Shown: positions 53,916 through 62,387 of the stretch, one piece after another | How the letters are laid out: every line of letters begins with the position of its first letter | Position numbering within the stretch: the stretch's first letter is position 1 | Source: a virus | IMG/VR virus record: IMGVR_UViG_3300037483_001670 | Location: 96,001-160,000 of that record | Direction: 5' to 3' (one strand) | DNA length: 64,000 nt | Program-made: the position numbers and the translations under genes | Notes under the pieces: model-generated | What the model was told of the DNA's origin: nothing | Databases searched by the model: none | What the model saw: the letters and a program-made list of their open reading frames with translations, nothing else

Positions 53916-54760
53916 GCGAACGCTCCCGCCCGGCGCGGCGTACGGTCAACGAGCACGGGCAACCCGTACCGCACGAGCACGTACAACACGCCCGTCACCA
54001 TCGCTGCCGTTCCGAGCTGGTTCAAGAACGTGCCGGCCGCGCCGAACGGGTCTTCCTTCTGGAGGCCCTCGGCCGCGCGCACGCACTGCTGCACCGTGGC
54101 CATGTCGCCTTTCTCCTGCGCCCGCGTGCAGAGATCGGCCATGGTCTTGTTGTTCAGCTCGAGCCGCTTCGCGTTGTAGAGGTAGACGACGATGACGACG
54201 GCAAGCGCAACGACGGCCACCACGACCGCCCACGTGATGATCGGCGCCACGCCGAGCCCGCTCACCGGTACGGCCGCGAAAAACTGCGCGAGATGCCCGT
54301 CGCGATCCATCTTGACGATCCCGGCGAACACCTGAAGCCGGCTCGCCGCATCGGTGCGCGCCCACTGCGACTGGATGACGCTCCCTTCCGCGGCTTCCCG
54401 GTCGACCGCTCCCGAGAGCCACGGGCCGAGCCCGAGCGACGCCTGCGTGAACACCGCCACGACGAACGATCGTGCCATGTCAGCGCCGAACGAAAGGTGC
54501 AGCTGATCCGGCAGCGCTTCGGCGCTCGGGTCCGCGAACACGGAGGCCAGCGTCGACGTGTTGCGATCGGCCCACACCTGCACCTGGCGGAGCGTGGCGG
54601 CCGCGCTGACCGGATCGAACTTGAGGTTCGGGTCGTACTTGCGGAGGGCTGCAAGGGCGGCGTCGTGCCCCGCGACGAGCTGTTCCGGCAGAGTCGCACC
54701 CGGGAAGGACGGAAGGTTCGCGCGCGCCAGACTGAGAGTTGCCAGATCGGAACTAGCCAC
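53912..54760 (-). CDS. 2-TM membrane protein
   Basis: VSGLG then TM IITWAVVVAVVALAVVIVVYLY; second TM near C-terminus. Confidence 0.8.
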   Translation of the reverse strand: MASSDLATLSLARANLPSFPGATLPEQLVAGHDAALAALRKYDPNLKFDPVSAAATLRQVQVWADRNTSTLASVFADPSAEALPDQLHLSFGADMARSFVVAVFTQASLGLGPWLSGAVDREAAEGSVIQSQWARTDAASRLQVFAGIVKMDRDGHLAQFFAAVPVSGLGVAPIITWAVVVAVVALAVVIVVYLYNAKRLELNNKTMADLCTRAQEKGDMATVQQCVRAAEGLQKEDPFGAAGTFLNQLGTAAMVTGVLYVLVRYGLPVLVDRTPRRAGAFA

Positions 54761-55034
54761 GTCGCCTCCTCGCGCCCGCCGTGGGCTGGCGCGCAAAGTC
54801 CATGATAGCCGCGAGGCCCACGAGCGCGCCGCAAAGAATCGCGCCCCAGCCCATCGGTCCCATGGACGCTTGCAACGGCCCGTTCGGCACGCACTTGAAC
54901 GAAATCGGATCGGTATGCTGGCCCGACGGACACGCCCGCAGCTCTTCGCTGGCGAAGATGACCGCGCACCCGCCCGGCGCCTGCGCGTCGGCGACCTGAC
55001 CCCTCGGACACAGCGTCTCTCCGAGCCCCATCAT
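54753..55034 (-). CDS. Cys-hairpin membrane protein starting MMGLG
   Basis: CPRGQ..C, CPSGQHTDPISFKC; C-terminal TM + RRRR. Confidence 0.75.
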   Translation of the reverse strand: MMGLGETLCPRGQVADAQAPGGCAVIFASEELRACPSGQHTDPISFKCVPNGPLQASMGPMGWGAILCGALVGLAAIMDFARQPTAGARRRRG

Positions 55035-56098
55035 CAGCGGTGCCTCTTCGCGTGTTTGACCGGCGCACCCGTGAAGAGCGCCGCCCCTAGCGCGAGCCCG
55101 ACCCCCGCCACCACGAACCAGCCCGCCGATGCCGCCTTCGGGGGCACCGGCTTCGGCACGCACCGCTCGAGCGCTTCGTCGAAAACGTCGTTCGGGCCCC
55201 CGCACGTCACCGTCGTCGACCCCTGCCGCTTCGGCATCTTCGCGATGATTTCGCGCGCGGTCTGGTCGCGCTCGATGCGCTTCATCTCCAGCCGGGCCAA
55301 GACGTCGGACCGAGTCGATTCGTTCGTCGCCTTCGCGAGCGTCGCGTAGAGCGCGTCGAGCTCGCGCTCCGCGGCCTTCCACTTCGAGTAGAGCGTCGAG
55401 TCCCCGTCGGGGGGCGCCACTGGGTGCAGGGCCACGTTGATCGTCGGCACGACCGAAACGCTGTTGCGCACGCTCGGGTTCAGATCGACACCCGCGCCCA
55501 CCTCCGCCGCTGCCCCGAGCAGCGCGTCCTCGAAGAGTCCGAGCCGCGCAGACGACGGACCGCCGTAGCCGCACGCCTGGAGCGCCGCGATGCCGCGCTG
55601 AAGCAGGTTCGCCGCCTCGTACCGGAGCGCGACGTCGAGCAAAAGGAGCCCGTTGGTCGTCGGCTGCGCGAGCCCGTTCACCACCCCAAACAGCGGAAAC
55701 GCGAAGCACATGTACCGCGGCGCCCACCGCGACAGGAAGGCCACGAACTCGTCCGCCGCGACGTCACTCCAGGTGTCATCGTCGACAAGCTGCGCCCAGA
55801 GCGATTCCTTGATCAGCTCTTGCTCGCTCCACGGAATGATCCCGGGCGTCGCGCCCGCCTGGCCAAGACGCTTCAGGGCTCCCTTGATCTCGCGCACGCG
55901 ACCGGGAGCGCCGAGATCGTACGACACGATGGGGTCCGCGCCCAATGCCGCGCGGTGGCGTTGCCCGTACTCGAACGGCTCGTAGGCGCGCTCTCCGACG
56001 CCGGGGCCCTCGTATTCGCCCATCGTGCCGGCGAGATCGCGCCGCTCACGCAGCGTCCAAAAGGGCTGCGTACCGGCAGGCATTCCAAGCCCGCTCAT
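55034..56098 (-). CDS. C-terminally anchored membrane protein starting MSGLG
   Basis: 354 aa; CGGPNDVFDEALERC; TM + KHAKRHR. Confidence 0.8.
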   Translation of the reverse strand: MSGLGMPAGTQPFWTLRERRDLAGTMGEYEGPGVGERAYEPFEYGQRHRAALGADPIVSYDLGAPGRVREIKGALKRLGQAGATPGIIPWSEQELIKESLWAQLVDDDTWSDVAADEFVAFLSRWAPRYMCFAFPLFGVVNGLAQPTTNGLLLLDVALRYEAANLLQRGIAALQACGYGGPSSARLGLFEDALLGAAAEVGAGVDLNPSVRNSVSVVPTINVALHPVAPPDGDSTLYSKWKAAERELDALYATLAKATNESTRSDVLARLEMKRIERDQTAREIIAKMPKRQGSTTVTCGGPNDVFDEALERCVPKPVPPKAASAGWFVVAGVGLALGAALFTGAPVKHAKRHR

Positions 56099-56496
56099 CC
56101 GAAAAGCCTCTGCGCCTTCGGACGGCGCCGATCGATGAAGTAGAGAATCGCTCCGCCGACCGCAGCGCCGCCCGCGAGCCACCCGGCGGTGCCGCCGAAC
56201 ACGCTCGCCCGCGAGAACGACGCGCCGCCCGGCATCGACGTCGAGCTCCCCCTACGGATGATTTGCGCGGGACCGATGGAAACCGACACCGCATCCCTCG
56301 GCACGCACTGCTGCGCGCTCTCGCTCCAGACATCGTCGCCCGGACAAGGAAGACTCGGATCGACGCAGTCGTTCGGCGACCTCGGATCGAAGACCAGTCC
56401 CGCTGCGCAGTGACACCGCAGCGTGAACGGATCATAGATCGTGTTGTCGCCGCACGGGGGCGGCCGATCCGGACCGGCAAAAGCGGCGTAGCTCAC
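56095..56496 (-). CDS. Cys-hairpin C-terminally anchored protein
   Basis: CAAGLVFDPRSPNDC, CPGDDVWSESAQQC; TM + RRRPK. Confidence 0.75.
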   Translation of the reverse strand: MSYAAFAGPDRPPPCGDNTIYDPFTLRCHCAAGLVFDPRSPNDCVDPSLPCPGDDVWSESAQQCVPRDAVSVSIGPAQIIRRGSSTSMPGGASFSRASVFGGTAGWLAGGAAVGGAILYFIDRRRPKAQRLFG

Positions 56497-56506
56497 TGAG
56501 CTCGCC

Positions 56507-56929
56507 TTACTTCTTCTTGGCGAGCAGCGCGAGTACCAGACCGCCCGCCGCGATCCCGCCGATGATGTAGGGCGTGTTCGGCCCGAAGATCGACATGAGC
56601 GACTTCTTCGGCGCGAGCGAGGGGGGCGTCACCGTGGCCGTTCGGATCGGGACCTGCTGGGCGCCCGCACCCTTGCCGGTCAGATCGACACCGGCCTTGA
56701 CGGCCGCCGCGATCTGCGCCGACGACATGTACTTCGTGAGCGCCACGCAAGCTTTGTCGGCGTCGACCCATTGCGTTCCCGGACCGCACATCGTCGACTG
56801 GTCCTTGCAGACGCCGCCGACGTCGATCGAATCTTCGCCGCAAATGCACCTTGACGCGTCGTCGTCCCAATGCCGGCCCGGCGGACAGTCCTCGGCGCCC
56901 ATACCGTACGAAATGAATTGCTGCCTCAT
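56507..56929 (-). CDS. Cys-hairpin C-terminally anchored protein
   Basis: YGMG; CPPGRHWDDDASRC, CGPGTQWVDADKAC; TM + KKK. Confidence 0.8.
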   Translation of the reverse strand: MRQQFISYGMGAEDCPPGRHWDDDASRCICGEDSIDVGGVCKDQSTMCGPGTQWVDADKACVALTKYMSSAQIAAAVKAGVDLTGKGAGAQQVPIRTATVTPPSLAPKKSLMSIFGPNTPYIIGGIAAGGLVLALLAKKK

Positions 56930-56944
56930 CGTCTTGCCTCTTCC

Positions 56945-57313
56945 TTAGAACGCCGACTGCGTTGTTGGTTTGCGCACCCAAAGAGCCGCGCCGAGCAGGC
57001 CGGCGAGGCCAAACGTTCCTGCCATCGCGCCCGCGACCGCTCCGCCAGCGGCCCAGAAGGCGCGGTCGGTTGGCCGGGGCGCCGCGAAATAGCCGAGCGC
57101 TCCGACGAGCAGCGCGTCCCCGATCGTGTACCCGGTCACGGTGCCGAATAGCAGCGGACGGTCAGCGGCCCCGATGCCGGCCGGCGCAGTCGGGGCGACC
57201 TGCCCGACCTTCTGCATGGCCGAGCAGCCGCAGCCGATCCCGTTCACTGAGCGCGGCGCGAGATCGGTGCGCACGAGAGGGTACGGATTGATCGTCTGTC
57301 CCGCTACGAACAT
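56945..57313 (-). CDS. multi-TM membrane protein
   Basis: VNGIG, AGIG; Gly-zipper TMs. Confidence 0.75.
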   Translation of the reverse strand: MFVAGQTINPYPLVRTDLAPRSVNGIGCGCSAMQKVGQVAPTAPAGIGAADRPLLFGTVTGYTIGDALLVGALGYFAAPRPTDRAFWAAGGAVAGAMAGTFGLAGLLGAALWVRKPTTQSAF

Positions 57314-57318
57314 CGTCC

Positions 57319-58005
57319 CTACTTCTTCCTCGGGGCCGGTTTCCCGAAGCCTTGCGCGAGCGCGATGGCAGGCGTGATGACCGGAAACGCGCCGCCCATG
57401 AGACCCCACCAGATCGCCCAACCGATCGACTCGTTGCGCCTGTAGCCGTGGTACGCCGACGCGGCGAGCGACGCCGAGCTGAGCGCCCACCAACCCGTCT
57501 TGCCGAGCCAGCTGTTCGCCGGGTTGAACCTGAGCCATTGACCTGGACCAGCCACCAGCGGGACACCCTGTCGTGCCTGCACGAGCCGGCTCTGAAACGC
57601 CTGCGCCGTATAGAGCCGCTTCTCGGCCTGAAGCATCTCGATGTAGGTCTGAAGCTGCGACGGCACTCCACGAAGAAAGCCCGCCGTCAGATCGTCGAGC
57701 GCGTCCGCGTTGTACGCGCCAGCGCCGGCAGCCACGTCGGCGTCCATCGCCTGCTTGATCGCGCCCTTGGTCTGATCGACCTCCGCGGCGGTCACGCCCT
57801 CCGGCAGCGGAAAGGGTGCCGCGTCGAGACCCGCGTAGGGCGCGAGCGCGTACGGGTTGATCGCCAGCTGCTGACTGAACATCGGCTGGTTGAAAATCGG
57901 CCCGTGGTAGCGCGTCGGGTACGGGTGCACGTGCGGCACGAGCGGACTCGGCACGCCGTTCTCCGTGTCTCCAAAAATCGACTCGTTGCCCGATTGCATA
58001 CGCAT
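57319..58005 (-). CDS. membrane protein with SAYHGYRRN..GWA.WWG motif
   Basis: C-terminal 2-3 TMs, ends AQGFGKPAPRKK. Confidence 0.8.
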   Translation of the reverse strand: MRMQSGNESIFGDTENGVPSPLVPHVHPYPTRYHGPIFNQPMFSQQLAINPYALAPYAGLDAAPFPLPEGVTAAEVDQTKGAIKQAMDADVAAGAGAYNADALDDLTAGFLRGVPSQLQTYIEMLQAEKRLYTAQAFQSRLVQARQGVPLVAGPGQWLRFNPANSWLGKTGWWALSSASLAASAYHGYRRNESIGWAIWWGLMGGAFPVITPAIALAQGFGKPAPRKK

Positions 58006-58018
58006 CGCTCGTCGTCTC

Positions 58019-58234
58019 CTACGTTCCTGCGGGCGGTCGCGCCATCACGACAAGCGCCGCCACCGGTCCCACGATCGCCCCCGTCACCGCGAACTCCTTG
58101 CCACCGAGCGCGTGCCCGAGAAAATAGCCGGCGATCCCCGCCCCGACGATCGCGATGCTATGCGTCAGCGCGGGCGGCACCTCGGCCGGTGCGCCAACGC
58201 CCGCGGTGGGGCACATCATCGCCGGCCACTCCAT
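58019..58234 (-). CDS. small 2-TM membrane protein
   Basis: TAGVG; two hydrophobic helices. Confidence 0.65.
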   Translation of the reverse strand: MEWPAMMCPTAGVGAPAEVPPALTHSIAIVGAGIAGYFLGHALGGKEFAVTGAIVGPVAALVVMARPPAGT

Positions 58235-59082
58235 CAGCGCGCTCTCCTCCGCCTCTTCGTCGGATGGCCCGTCACGGTCCCCGCGAAGATCGCCGCGCCG
58301 ACACCCACGAGCGCCGCGGCGAAGAAATACGCTGTCCACGATTTTGCGCCGCTCGCGTCGGCGGTGTCACCGACAGCCGGAATGCTCTGCTGAAACGCGA
58401 CCGTGTACTGCGGGTTCGTCGCCGAGTACGCGTCGACAGTCGACCGCATCGGCACTTCCGCGCGCGTGTCGGGCACCGCCACCGTGCCGCCGTAGTACGC
58501 CGGCGTGACACCGTGCGGAGGCGGACCCGAGTCGCGCACTGGACCCACCGGCACTTGCAGCGAGCTGCCATCGCCCGGCTTCCGATCGCCACGAATGACG
58601 ACGTAGGGGTTGTTGTGATCGTCGACCTGAAGCGGCCCGACGAGGCGCCCGCCGCGCTCGACGTACGCCATGCCGCCGCCAGGGACGACCACGACATCGG
58701 CCCCGCTCGGGAGATCGATGACCTCCTTGCTGACGGCGAATTGCACCTCGCGCGCGATGTAGCCGGGAAGGCTTGGATGGTCCGAGAAGACTCCCATCGT
58801 CTTGTGGACCGTTCCGGGCCGACCCGATTCGTCGAAGATGCCGGAGCCGACGACGTCGTCGTCGCTCTCGATTTGCTGAACGTAGTCGTCGTGGCGCTCG
58901 CCCTGGTAGCTTTCAGGTACGGCGCCGAAACCTGCAACGGCTCGACCTTGGGACAAGCTCCACCTCTCTTCGATCACGGGGTTCAGCTGCCCGATGAGCG
59001 GCAACCGGCTGCTGATCGGGTCCTTGTTGACGAGACGCCCCGTGTAGGGCTGTCGACTGGGCAAATGGATGATACCGGGCAT
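58234..59082 (-). CDS. C-terminally anchored membrane protein
   Basis: VAGFG; TM + KRRRRAR. Confidence 0.8.
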   Translation of the reverse strand: MPGIIHLPSRQPYTGRLVNKDPISSRLPLIGQLNPVIEERWSLSQGRAVAGFGAVPESYQGERHDDYVQQIESDDDVVGSGIFDESGRPGTVHKTMGVFSDHPSLPGYIAREVQFAVSKEVIDLPSGADVVVVPGGGMAYVERGGRLVGPLQVDDHNNPYVVIRGDRKPGDGSSLQVPVGPVRDSGPPPHGVTPAYYGGTVAVPDTRAEVPMRSTVDAYSATNPQYTVAFQQSIPAVGDTADASGAKSWTAYFFAAALVGVGAAIFAGTVTGHPTKRRRRAR

Positions 59083-59083
59083 C

Positions 59084-59944
59084 CTACGCCGCCTTTCGCT
59101 TCTTTTTCGCCACGTAGTACGCACCGCCGCCGATCGCGAGCGCCGCGACGCCGAGGGCGACGAAGAGACCGGTCTTGCTCGAGCTCGCCGGCTGCGTCAT
59201 CGCGTACGTCGTCGTCACGGCCGCCGCAGGCGAGTCCATCTTCTTGATCTGAAGGAAGCCGGCCCCGGGCCGCACGACCTGCGGCGTGTAGTCGACCGCC
59301 GGCTTCGGCGTCTTCGACGGCTCCTCGAACGACTCCGGCCACTGCGTCGGATCCTCGCACACGCTCGGACGGGTCAGCCCCTTCGGCACCGGCGCGACAT
59401 AGTTGCCCGAGGCATCCATCTCGAGCTTGCACATGTCGGTCATCCACTGGCTCTTGCCGAATGGTGGAATGCCCTTGGTGGGCACCATCGACTTCTCTTC
59501 GGCGATGAACCGCGGCCTGCTCGGTTCGAGACCCTTGTAGTTCAGGTACGCGACGGTCGCGTTGTAGGAGTTCTGTTCCGTGCACGGCCACGCCCGGTCC
59601 CAGGTGGTCATGCGCCCGTAGATGCCGCAGTTCCCAACCACGCCGTTGACGGTGAGAGATGGCCCCTTCTCGAACCCGGCCGCGTCCCACGGGTTGGCGG
59701 GCGCGTCACCGAAGCCAGAAATCGCGCGCGCCTGGCGATCCGCCGTCCACGATGGGGGCACCACCTGCGGCACGACGTCCGACGCATAGACGCGCTGACC
59801 GAAGATGTCCCGGCCCACGCCCGCGTGACCGTCAATCCGACCCGCCACGGTCTTCGTGATGGGCTTTGGGCTCATGTCCGCCGAGTACCGACTCGTATCG
59901 GTTTGCGCCAACGATCCGAGCCCACCAAAGATTCCGTTCGTCAT
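59084..59944 (-). CDS. C-terminally anchored membrane protein (YSADM family)
   Basis: IFGGLG, ISGFG; TM + KKKRK. Confidence 0.8.
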   Translation of the reverse strand: MTNGIFGGLGSLAQTDTSRYSADMSPKPITKTVAGRIDGHAGVGRDIFGQRVYASDVVPQVVPPSWTADRQARAISGFGDAPANPWDAAGFEKGPSLTVNGVVGNCGIYGRMTTWDRAWPCTEQNSYNATVAYLNYKGLEPSRPRFIAEEKSMVPTKGIPPFGKSQWMTDMCKLEMDASGNYVAPVPKGLTRPSVCEDPTQWPESFEEPSKTPKPAVDYTPQVVRPGAGFLQIKKMDSPAAAVTTTYAMTQPASSSKTGLFVALGVAALAIGGGAYYVAKKKRKAA

Positions 59945-60543
59945 GTCGCTGCTCCTCCTGCGGTCTTCGTGCCCGTTACGAGCCACGCGACACCACCGAT
60001 CGCGGCGAGCGCCAGAATCCCGACTCCAGCGTAGATCGCCGCCTTGCTCTTCGGCTGCTCTACGGCGTACGTCGTGACAACCGCCTGCGCCTGCGCCGGC
60101 GCCGGGGCGGGAGCAGAGGGAGGCGCGGCCGGTTTCTTGAACAGCGCCGGGAAGCCTGGCGGCGACGGAACCGCGCCCGAGCGGATCGCAGCGATGTACG
60201 CAGCCGCGCCCGTGTAGTTGCTACCGCCAGCAGCGTTCTGCGCCTCGCGGTAGACGCTCAGAATCATCGCATTCGGCAGGTTGCAGGCCCACTCGGGCGG
60301 CCATCCGCCCCGCGGAATCAACGCCGTGCACGAGTTCGGCGGCCAGCCGTATTTCGCGTTCAGCTCGAACTGGTGCGGCTCGTCACGACTGTAGTAGCCG
60401 TGCGTCACCATGTCGGGCAGCGGCGGGCAGCACGCCCCATCGGGGGACGGCACCCATGCGCCCACGACGGCGCCGAACGCACCGATCGCATGCGGCATGT
60501 CCGCCGAGTACCACGTCGAGCCGCCAAACGAATTTTGACGCAT
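59941..60543 (-). CDS. C-terminally anchored membrane protein (YSADM family)
   Basis: NSFG, GAFG; TM AAIYAGVGILALAAIGGVAWLV. Confidence 0.75.
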   Translation of the reverse strand: MRQNSFGGSTWYSADMPHAIGAFGAVVGAWVPSPDGACCPPLPDMVTHGYYSRDEPHQFELNAKYGWPPNSCTALIPRGGWPPEWACNLPNAMILSVYREAQNAAGGSNYTGAAAYIAAIRSGAVPSPPGFPALFKKPAAPPSAPAPAPAQAQAVVTTYAVEQPKSKAAIYAGVGILALAAIGGVAWLVTGTKTAGGAAT

Positions 60544-60549
60544 TCGAGC

Positions 60550-61041
60550 CTACGCCTTCTTGCGGGACATGAACCAGAGCCCGGCGCCGATGGCCGCGAG
60601 CGCGAGGCCGGCACCGACGACGTACGTCGTGGTCGACATCTCCCCGAGGCCCTCGACGGGCTCGCCGTAGCGGTTCATTCCGTACGGTCCGCGCCGGAGG
60701 GGTCCGCCGAAGATGCCGTGGCCGCCCCACTGCAAGCCGACCGGAATCTGCTGATCGATCGGATCGCCGAAGCCCTGCACCGCGGCAAGCTTGCCCTCCC
60801 ACGAGGGGTTGATGGCCTGGGGGATCGAGTCGGACGCGTAGATGTACTGCCCGAAAATGCTCTCACCGATCACCTGCGCGCTCTGGCCCAAGATCGGAGA
60901 CGGCTGCGTCGGCAGCACGGTCGGCACCTTCGTCTCCGTGATCGGCTTCGGCTGCATGTCGGCCGAGTACTTCTCCATCGCACCGGCCGTACGCGTGCCG
61001 ATGCTGGACACTACCCCGAAAACACCGCCCATTCCGTTCAT
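60550..61041 (-). CDS. C-terminally anchored membrane protein (YSADM family)
   Basis: MNGMG, VQGFG, VEGLG; TM + RKK. Confidence 0.8.
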   Translation of the reverse strand: MNGMGGVFGVVSSIGTRTAGAMEKYSADMQPKPITETKVPTVLPTQPSPILGQSAQVIGESIFGQYIYASDSIPQAINPSWEGKLAAVQGFGDPIDQQIPVGLQWGGHGIFGGPLRRGPYGMNRYGEPVEGLGEMSTTTYVVGAGLALAAIGAGLWFMSRKKA

Positions 61042-61058
61042 GTTGACTCCTTTGGACC

Positions 61059-61721
61059 TCAGTCGAGTTTCATCTTCAAGAGCGTCTGGGCCCGCCCTGC
61101 GGCTTCCAGCTCGCGCGGCCCTGCGACGCCGTCGAGCAAAATCCATTTCTCACTTTTCGGCTCTTGCGCCGTGATCGCCACGTGCGAGAGCTTCCCCGGC
61201 GCGAATCCCATTGCGACGAGCGTGACGTTGCGGCCGATGGTGAGGCACATCGTCGCCGCCATCGTCGAGACGTCGTCACAGTCGACGACGGTCGAACCGT
61301 AGGCGTTGATCTCTTCGACCTGGCGCTGCGGGTCCTTCACCATCTCGACGTGCCGCGGATCGTTCGCGTACCGAAAGAGCGCGATGCCGGGCACCCAAGG
61401 ACTCGGTTGCACGAACACGTTGCGAATCGCGAGGATTTCGCCGAGGTAGTCCTTCGGCTGCACGCCGCGCAGCGCCCACTCGGTGAACTGCCGCACCTCC
61501 ATGGAGCGCTCGCCGCGCGCGCCGAGGGCCGCGTCCGCCATCTGTTTCAGCGTCGTCTCGGGTCCGCGAAACGGCCGCACGGTGTACGAGCTCGGCCGAA
61601 ACGCGGCCTGCTCGGCCGCAAACCCAAGGAACCCGCCGCCCACGCTCGCGCCGCCCGCCAAAGCTTGCGGCATGAGCGGCATCCCTGTGCGAGCGTTTTT
61701 CTCTACCAAGCTGAACGACAT
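61059..61721 (-). CDS. transglutaminase-like Cys-His-Asp enzyme (candidate maturation protease)
   Basis: FRYANDP..E.V..P, VVDCDD (Cys), LSHVA (His), WILLD (Asp). Confidence 0.85.
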   Translation of the reverse strand: MSFSLVEKNARTGMPLMPQALAGGASVGGGFLGFAAEQAAFRPSSYTVRPFRGPETTLKQMADAALGARGERSMEVRQFTEWALRGVQPKDYLGEILAIRNVFVQPSPWVPGIALFRYANDPRHVEMVKDPQRQVEEINAYGSTVVDCDDVSTMAATMCLTIGRNVTLVAMGFAPGKLSHVAITAQEPKSEKWILLDGVAGPRELEAAGRAQTLLKMKLD

Positions 61722-61739
61722 GCGTGTCCCGTTGGACAA

Positions 61740-61769
61740 CGCTCAGCTCGAGGTCCCAAAACAAGTCTA
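61740..61769 (-). promoter_or_regulatory. putative late promoter TAGACT-N13-CGAGCTGAGCG
   Basis: heads the TGase + membrane-protein operon. Confidence 0.75.
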
Positions 61770-61834
61770 CCGGACCCAGCCTGCGAGCACAAGTCGCCGG
61801 GAAGCTACCGAAAAACTGGCCCGGCCGGGAGCCC

Positions 61835-62371
61835 TCAACTGGCCTGCGCCGGCTCGACGAGCTTCTCGAGCTCGACCCAAACCTTCGCGGCATGCGACTC
61901 TACCAGCTCGGCGAGCTCCGCCGATGGCTCCTTTTCCAAGAGGGCGTTGCGCACGATGTCCATCGCCTGCGACGCGCCCATCTCGACGAGCCGCTTGACG
62001 TTGTCGACCCCGATCGTTTCGGTGAACGCCCGCGCGATGCTCACCGGATCGTCCCCCTCGGGAACGGCGATCATGTGCTCGATGTAGCCCTCGAGCGCCT
62101 TGCCCATGAGCTCGACGGGCATGAGCTCGACGCCGAGCTGCACCCCGAACATGCCCAACATGGCCGACGCGGCGGCCTGAACGTGCGTCGGCATCATGTG
62201 GGGCGGGCACTTCGCCACCAAAGATTGAGAGAACTCGATACGCAGCTGGGTTTCGCCGCCCGACGCGAACTCGATCCGGATGCGTTCGGCGTCGGCCGTT
62301 GCCGTCACCGTCGATTCTTCGTTCGTCAGTCTGAGCTCACCCGTCCACGGCTTCTTCTTTTTCGTTTCCAT
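61835..62371 (-). CDS. hypothetical protein
   Basis: 178 aa. Confidence 0.75.
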   Translation of the reverse strand: METKKKKPWTGELRLTNEESTVTATADAERIRIEFASGGETQLRIEFSQSLVAKCPPHMMPTHVQAAASAMLGMFGVQLGVELMPVELMGKALEGYIEHMIAVPEGDDPVSIARAFTETIGVDNVKRLVEMGASQAMDIVRNALLEKEPSAELAELVESHAAKVWVELEKLVEPAQAS

Positions 62372-62387
62372 TCCCGATCTCCCTTTT

